Below, one piece after another: positions 61,030 through 64,000 of a stretch of 64,000 bases of DNA. A model generated the notes under the pieces. It ran no database searches, was not told the origin of the DNA, and saw nothing but the letters and a program-made list of their open reading frames with translations. The stretch comes from Bacillota bacterium (GTDB taxonomy: Bacteria; Bacillota; Clostridia; Christensenellales; CAG-138): positions 12,961 through 76,960 of the forward strand of contig JAEYHP010000087.1 of NCBI GenBank assembly GCA_023409435.1. Reading direction: 5' to 3'. Numbering within the stretch: the stretch's first letter is position 1; every line of letters begins with the position of its first letter. Made by a program: the position numbers and the translations under genes.

Positions 61030-62433
61030 TTAATGTGAGTATCCTTTGTCATATATGCCCCACATTCTGGTGGGGATACGGGAGATCTTGTTGATGTCCG
61101 CCTCGTAGAACCGGTCGTCCGCCAGAAAGAGCTTTACTGTAACGTCACTGCTGCTCTCTATGGAAAGCTCCGTGCGTACAATGGGGCTCCTGTCGCCATA
61201 GGAGGAGTTTTCGTAATAATAAAGCGCAATTTCCTCATATGTGATTGTCTCCAGACCCTTGGGCTTTGCGAGATCATTTGCATTGGGGGGAAATCCGAAC
61301 CCGTATATTAGCATAAATCCGGTGATCTCTCCGGTATATGGATCAAAGTCCCCGGAAAAGAAAAGATCGGAGTCCTCCGGCAGCGTGCCATAAAGCGCAA
61401 AAGGCGTATGCGAAAAGTAGAATCCAAACTTTGTTACGACCACTGCGCAGGATTCCGGCAAATAACCAAACATATCGTATAGTATGCGCATGGAGTCTTC
61501 CGCCATCTTCTGTGCGCTGATCGCAACTTTTTGCCCTTTTGCATTGGTAAAGGAAAGGTCGGCGGGGGAGAAGGCCACGCCATCCTCCGAATAGAAGGCA
61601 AATGTCGGGCAGACAAAGCCTTCGCGCCGCATCTTTGGCAGCTTACCTTCCCCTGCGGGTTCTTCCGTCATGGTAGAATTGGTACCGTCCTGCGAAGCGT
61701 ACGTGCCCTGCATCCAGCTTGCGGGATAATGCCGGTATGGATACACGGAAACGTCTATCTGGTATTCACTCAACCGCACGGCAATGACAAGTTCCTCTTT
61801 CACGCACAAAAACTCTTTTACAGAGTGGTATCCGTCCTCCCGTGCGGAAAGCGGCGAGGGAGTCTGCAGGCCAAGATACTTTGCAAATGCATCCGCCAAC
61901 TGGCGGACGCTGGCTTTTTGGCGCAGGCTTGGGGCATACCGTTGCGATACGGAAAGTATGGTACCCTCAAACGCTTCGGAAGTAATATCAATATATCCCT
62001 GTCCAGATCGCAGGGAAAACCTGTTATAATCCGCGCGAATATTCGTGTTTTTCGCGTAGCAAACAGCAAATTCAATCGGCTGTTGCGGGTCCATATTTTC
62101 GTCTAAAAGAAACCCCTCGCCGCGTAACTCCTCGAGCTCCTGTATCATCCCTGGCCGGCTGTCGTATTCCTTAAATGAAGGCGCAAGGTAGTCGGTCCTA
62201 AGGGCGGAGGCGTCGTTTCTCTCCCCCAGATATAAAAGATCCAGCGCGGTATTGAGCGGGGCTGCGCCGAGCGTATACGTCTTAGGAAGGGACGCCGCGG
62301 GGATCACCGTAACGTCCTTTGTAACGGCCCGCTTCTCACCTTCCACCAGCACCCTAGGCAGCAACAGGCCAATGCCAAGCGTGCCAACCAGGAGCACGCC
62401 AAAAAGCAAGTAGAAAAGCGCCCTACGCTTCAT
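61030..62433 (-). CDS. Hypothetical membrane-anchored protein (467 aa) co-transcribed with a two-component system
   Basis: Start ATG 62433 (MKRRALFYLLFGVLLVGTLGIGLLLP) after GGAGGAGGAAG, overlapping the kinase stop by 11 nt. One TM segment followed by a large extracytoplasmic domain. No family recognised. Confidence 0.6.
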   Translation of the reverse strand: MKRRALFYLLFGVLLVGTLGIGLLLPRVLVEGEKRAVTKDVTVIPAASLPKTYTLGAAPLNTALDLLYLGERNDASALRTDYLAPSFKEYDSRPGMIQELEELRGEGFLLDENMDPQQPIEFAVCYAKNTNIRADYNRFSLRSGQGYIDITSEAFEGTILSVSQRYAPSLRQKASVRQLADAFAKYLGLQTPSPLSAREDGYHSVKEFLCVKEELVIAVRLSEYQIDVSVYPYRHYPASWMQGTYASQDGTNSTMTEEPAGEGKLPKMRREGFVCPTFAFYSEDGVAFSPADLSFTNAKGQKVAISAQKMAEDSMRILYDMFGYLPESCAVVVTKFGFYFSHTPFALYGTLPEDSDLFFSGDFDPYTGEITGFMLIYGFGFPPNANDLAKPKGLETITYEEIALYYYENSSYGDRSPIVRTELSIESSSDVTVKLFLADDRFYEADINKISRIPTRMWGIYDKGYSH

Positions 62434-63826
62434 ATGCTTCCTCCTCCCCATAGGGCAGCAGGAAAGAAACCGACGTTCCACTGCCCGGCTCGCTTTCAAA
62501 GGCAAGTTTTGTCTGATGGAGCTTTGCGATGGATGCGCACAGCGCAAGGCCGAGGCCCGCGCCGTTTTGCTTGCGGGCGCGGGATTTGTCCACCATGTAG
62601 AATGCCTCCGTGATCCTGCCAAGCTCTTCTTTTGGAATGCCCCTGCCGCTGTCCGTTACCGCAATGCGGTAGCCGGATTGTTCCAAAGCGCCCGTTACGC
62701 GCACACTTTGCCCCCGCTCGCTCGCTTTTGCGGCGTTTTCCACAAGGTTGATGAGCATGGTCTCCAGCAGATCCGGCTCCGCCATGACGCAGGCCTGCGC
62801 AAAGGAAAGAGAAAGCGTTACGCCGTATTTTTCAAAAATCGCCGCGCAAACTGCGTCCTCCAGGTGCAAAAAGACGTCCTCCGCCTGCACGGCGTACCGC
62901 TCAAACTCCTGCCGGTTGAGTACCATCAGCTCCAGCAGCTTGAACGAAAGCCGCTCCAGACGCCGCCCTTCCGTAAAGATATAATTGGCGGAATGGAAAT
63001 GTTTTTCTTCCTCCATGTCCTGGGAACGCAGCATATCCGCGTATCCGATAATAGAGGTGAGCGGCGTTTTCAATTCATGCGCAAAGCTCGCCACAAAATC
63101 TTCCCGTTGGCGCGCCTGCTCCTCCAACTGGTGCATATGCCCCTGCAGCGCGTCCGCCATACGGTTGAAATCCTCCGCCAGGGCGCCGATTTCATCCCGG
63201 CCCCTGATTGCGGAACGCTTTTCATAATTCCCCAGGGCGAATTCCCGTGTTGCGGCAGAAAGAACGCGCACCGGCTTTGTAAGGATGTTGCTTAACAGCA
63301 GCAGCAGCGCGCCGACAACGCCCAAGGTACCGAGCATTGTCCCCATATTTGCGCTGAGCATCTCATCCGCAAGATGAAACGGCGCGCTGATATCCTGTTC
63401 CCAATATAAAACGCCCGCGCTTACGCCAAGCTGCACGGGGGTGCTGCACAAAAGCATATATGCTTCCTCCCGCTGTACGATGCGGTAGGTGGTCCCTTCG
63501 CGCGCGGTATCAAGCAGCGGGTTTTCGGCAAGCGTCTCCGGGTAGATCTGATGCCCGTCGCTTGCATATAGCCTGGCCGAAGCAAACTCGCCTGTGCCGG
63601 CATCCTTCATAACGGAGACAAGCATGGCTTCCTCGCTGAAAAAGCCGTATTCCTCAGCGAGCGATGAGACCACTGCAGCGAGCAGCGCCATTTTGTCCAA
63701 TCCCCTTGTCTTTTCCTGCGCGAGCGCAGTCTCAAACGCGGCGGAGGTCAGCGCGTATCCCCACGCGGAAAATGCCGCGATGATTACGAGCATGGCGCTG
63801 AAGAATACCTTCCACGCGAATTTCAT
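62423..63826 (-). CDS. Sensor histidine kinase (two TM segments, HAMP, HisKA, HATPase_c)
   Basis: H-box SFAHELKTPLTSI, N-box NLVENAAKAS, G-boxes DSGRGIP and GAGLGLALC. Confidence 0.85.
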   Translation of the reverse strand: MKFAWKVFFSAMLVIIAAFSAWGYALTSAAFETALAQEKTRGLDKMALLAAVVSSLAEEYGFFSEEAMLVSVMKDAGTGEFASARLYASDGHQIYPETLAENPLLDTAREGTTYRIVQREEAYMLLCSTPVQLGVSAGVLYWEQDISAPFHLADEMLSANMGTMLGTLGVVGALLLLLSNILTKPVRVLSAATREFALGNYEKRSAIRGRDEIGALAEDFNRMADALQGHMHQLEEQARQREDFVASFAHELKTPLTSIIGYADMLRSQDMEEEKHFHSANYIFTEGRRLERLSFKLLELMVLNRQEFERYAVQAEDVFLHLEDAVCAAIFEKYGVTLSLSFAQACVMAEPDLLETMLINLVENAAKASERGQSVRVTGALEQSGYRIAVTDSGRGIPKEELGRITEAFYMVDKSRARKQNGAGLGLALCASIAKLHQTKLAFESEPGSGTSVSFLLPYGEEEAYEA

Positions 63827-64000
63827 GCGCGCGCCTCCAGCCGGTACCCTACCTTATAGACGGTTTTGAGCTTGTCCTCCCAGCCGAGTTTTTTGCGCAG
63901 GCGCTGCACATGCAGGTCCACCGTGCGGCTGTCTCCCAAAAAGCTCATGTCCCACACGCGTTCGAATATCACATCCCGAAAAAGCGCGATGTTCTTGTTC
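63823..64000 (-). CDS. OmpR-family response regulator, C-terminal part; 5' end lies outside the window
   Basis: My translation of the minus strand gives ...RVWDMSFLGDSRTVDLHVQRLRKKLGWEDKLKTVYKVGYRLEARA*, a winged-helix trans_reg_C signature. The stop overlaps the kinase start (ATGA). Confidence 0.8.
   Translation of the reverse strand, partial: NKNIALFRDVIFERVWDMSFLGDSRTVDLHVQRLRKKLGWEDKLKTVYKVGYRLEARA

Noticed and set aside
1-64000. CRISPR arrays, tRNA/rRNA genes, IS elements, prophage or integrative-element boundaries
   Set aside because: I found no regularly spaced direct repeats, since the hairpin repeats are single dispersed copies. I saw no cloverleaf-like or rRNA-like segments. No transposase, integrase, recombinase or phage structural ORFs appear among the translated frames.

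Overview
This is a chromosomal segment of a high-GC, Gram-positive, spore-forming Firmicute, probably a Clostridia or Oscillospiraceae-like organism. The evidence is GGAGG-type ribosome binding sites, the ywlC-ywlE-rpiB-upp synteny, a CotF coat protein, and HPr carrying both His15 and Ser46. The window is mostly core metabolism. I saw no rRNA, tRNA, CRISPR array, transposase or integrase.

Gene content, left to right:
- sua5(partial)-ywlE-rpiB-upp
- a small low-GC XRE switch module
- an AEC transporter, asnS and a Zn-peptidase
- two tandem DegV genes and a beta-CASP MBL RNase
- a molybdate and molybdopterin cluster (mog, modCBA, and a molybdopterin-binding protein with a Cys-rich tail)
- an ADP-ribosylglycohydrolase and the CotF coat genes
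- a two-gene operon of unknown function
- mntP behind a yybP-ykoY Mn2+ riboswitch
- YibE/F, alkaline phosphatase, and rpsD followed by an unknown ORF
- a complete 10-gene his operon (hisZGDCBHAF-IE plus a PHP-type phosphatase)
- PiT with DUF47, a KimA-like K+ transporter, and TauE
- an AT-rich islet encoding a membrane-anchored unknown protein
- an arginine supercluster, argCJBDF-carAB
- a nitroreductase, a MazG-like protein and an NTase
- a mannitol-type PTS operon (mtlA-mtlR-mtlF) that continues into fruK-ptsI-ptsH
- a two-component system with an accessory membrane protein

The most unusual observations are:
1. carB is fused in frame to a DapF-like domain that lacks the first catalytic cysteine.
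2. A dispersed family of bipartite intergenic hairpin repeats shows compensatory base changes between copies.
3. Near-identical polypurine/polypyrimidine perfect palindromes sit inside the his and arg operons.
4. Several orphan promoter, hairpin and terminator units could be small RNAs or attenuators.

All family assignments come from motif recognition by eye. No database search was run.
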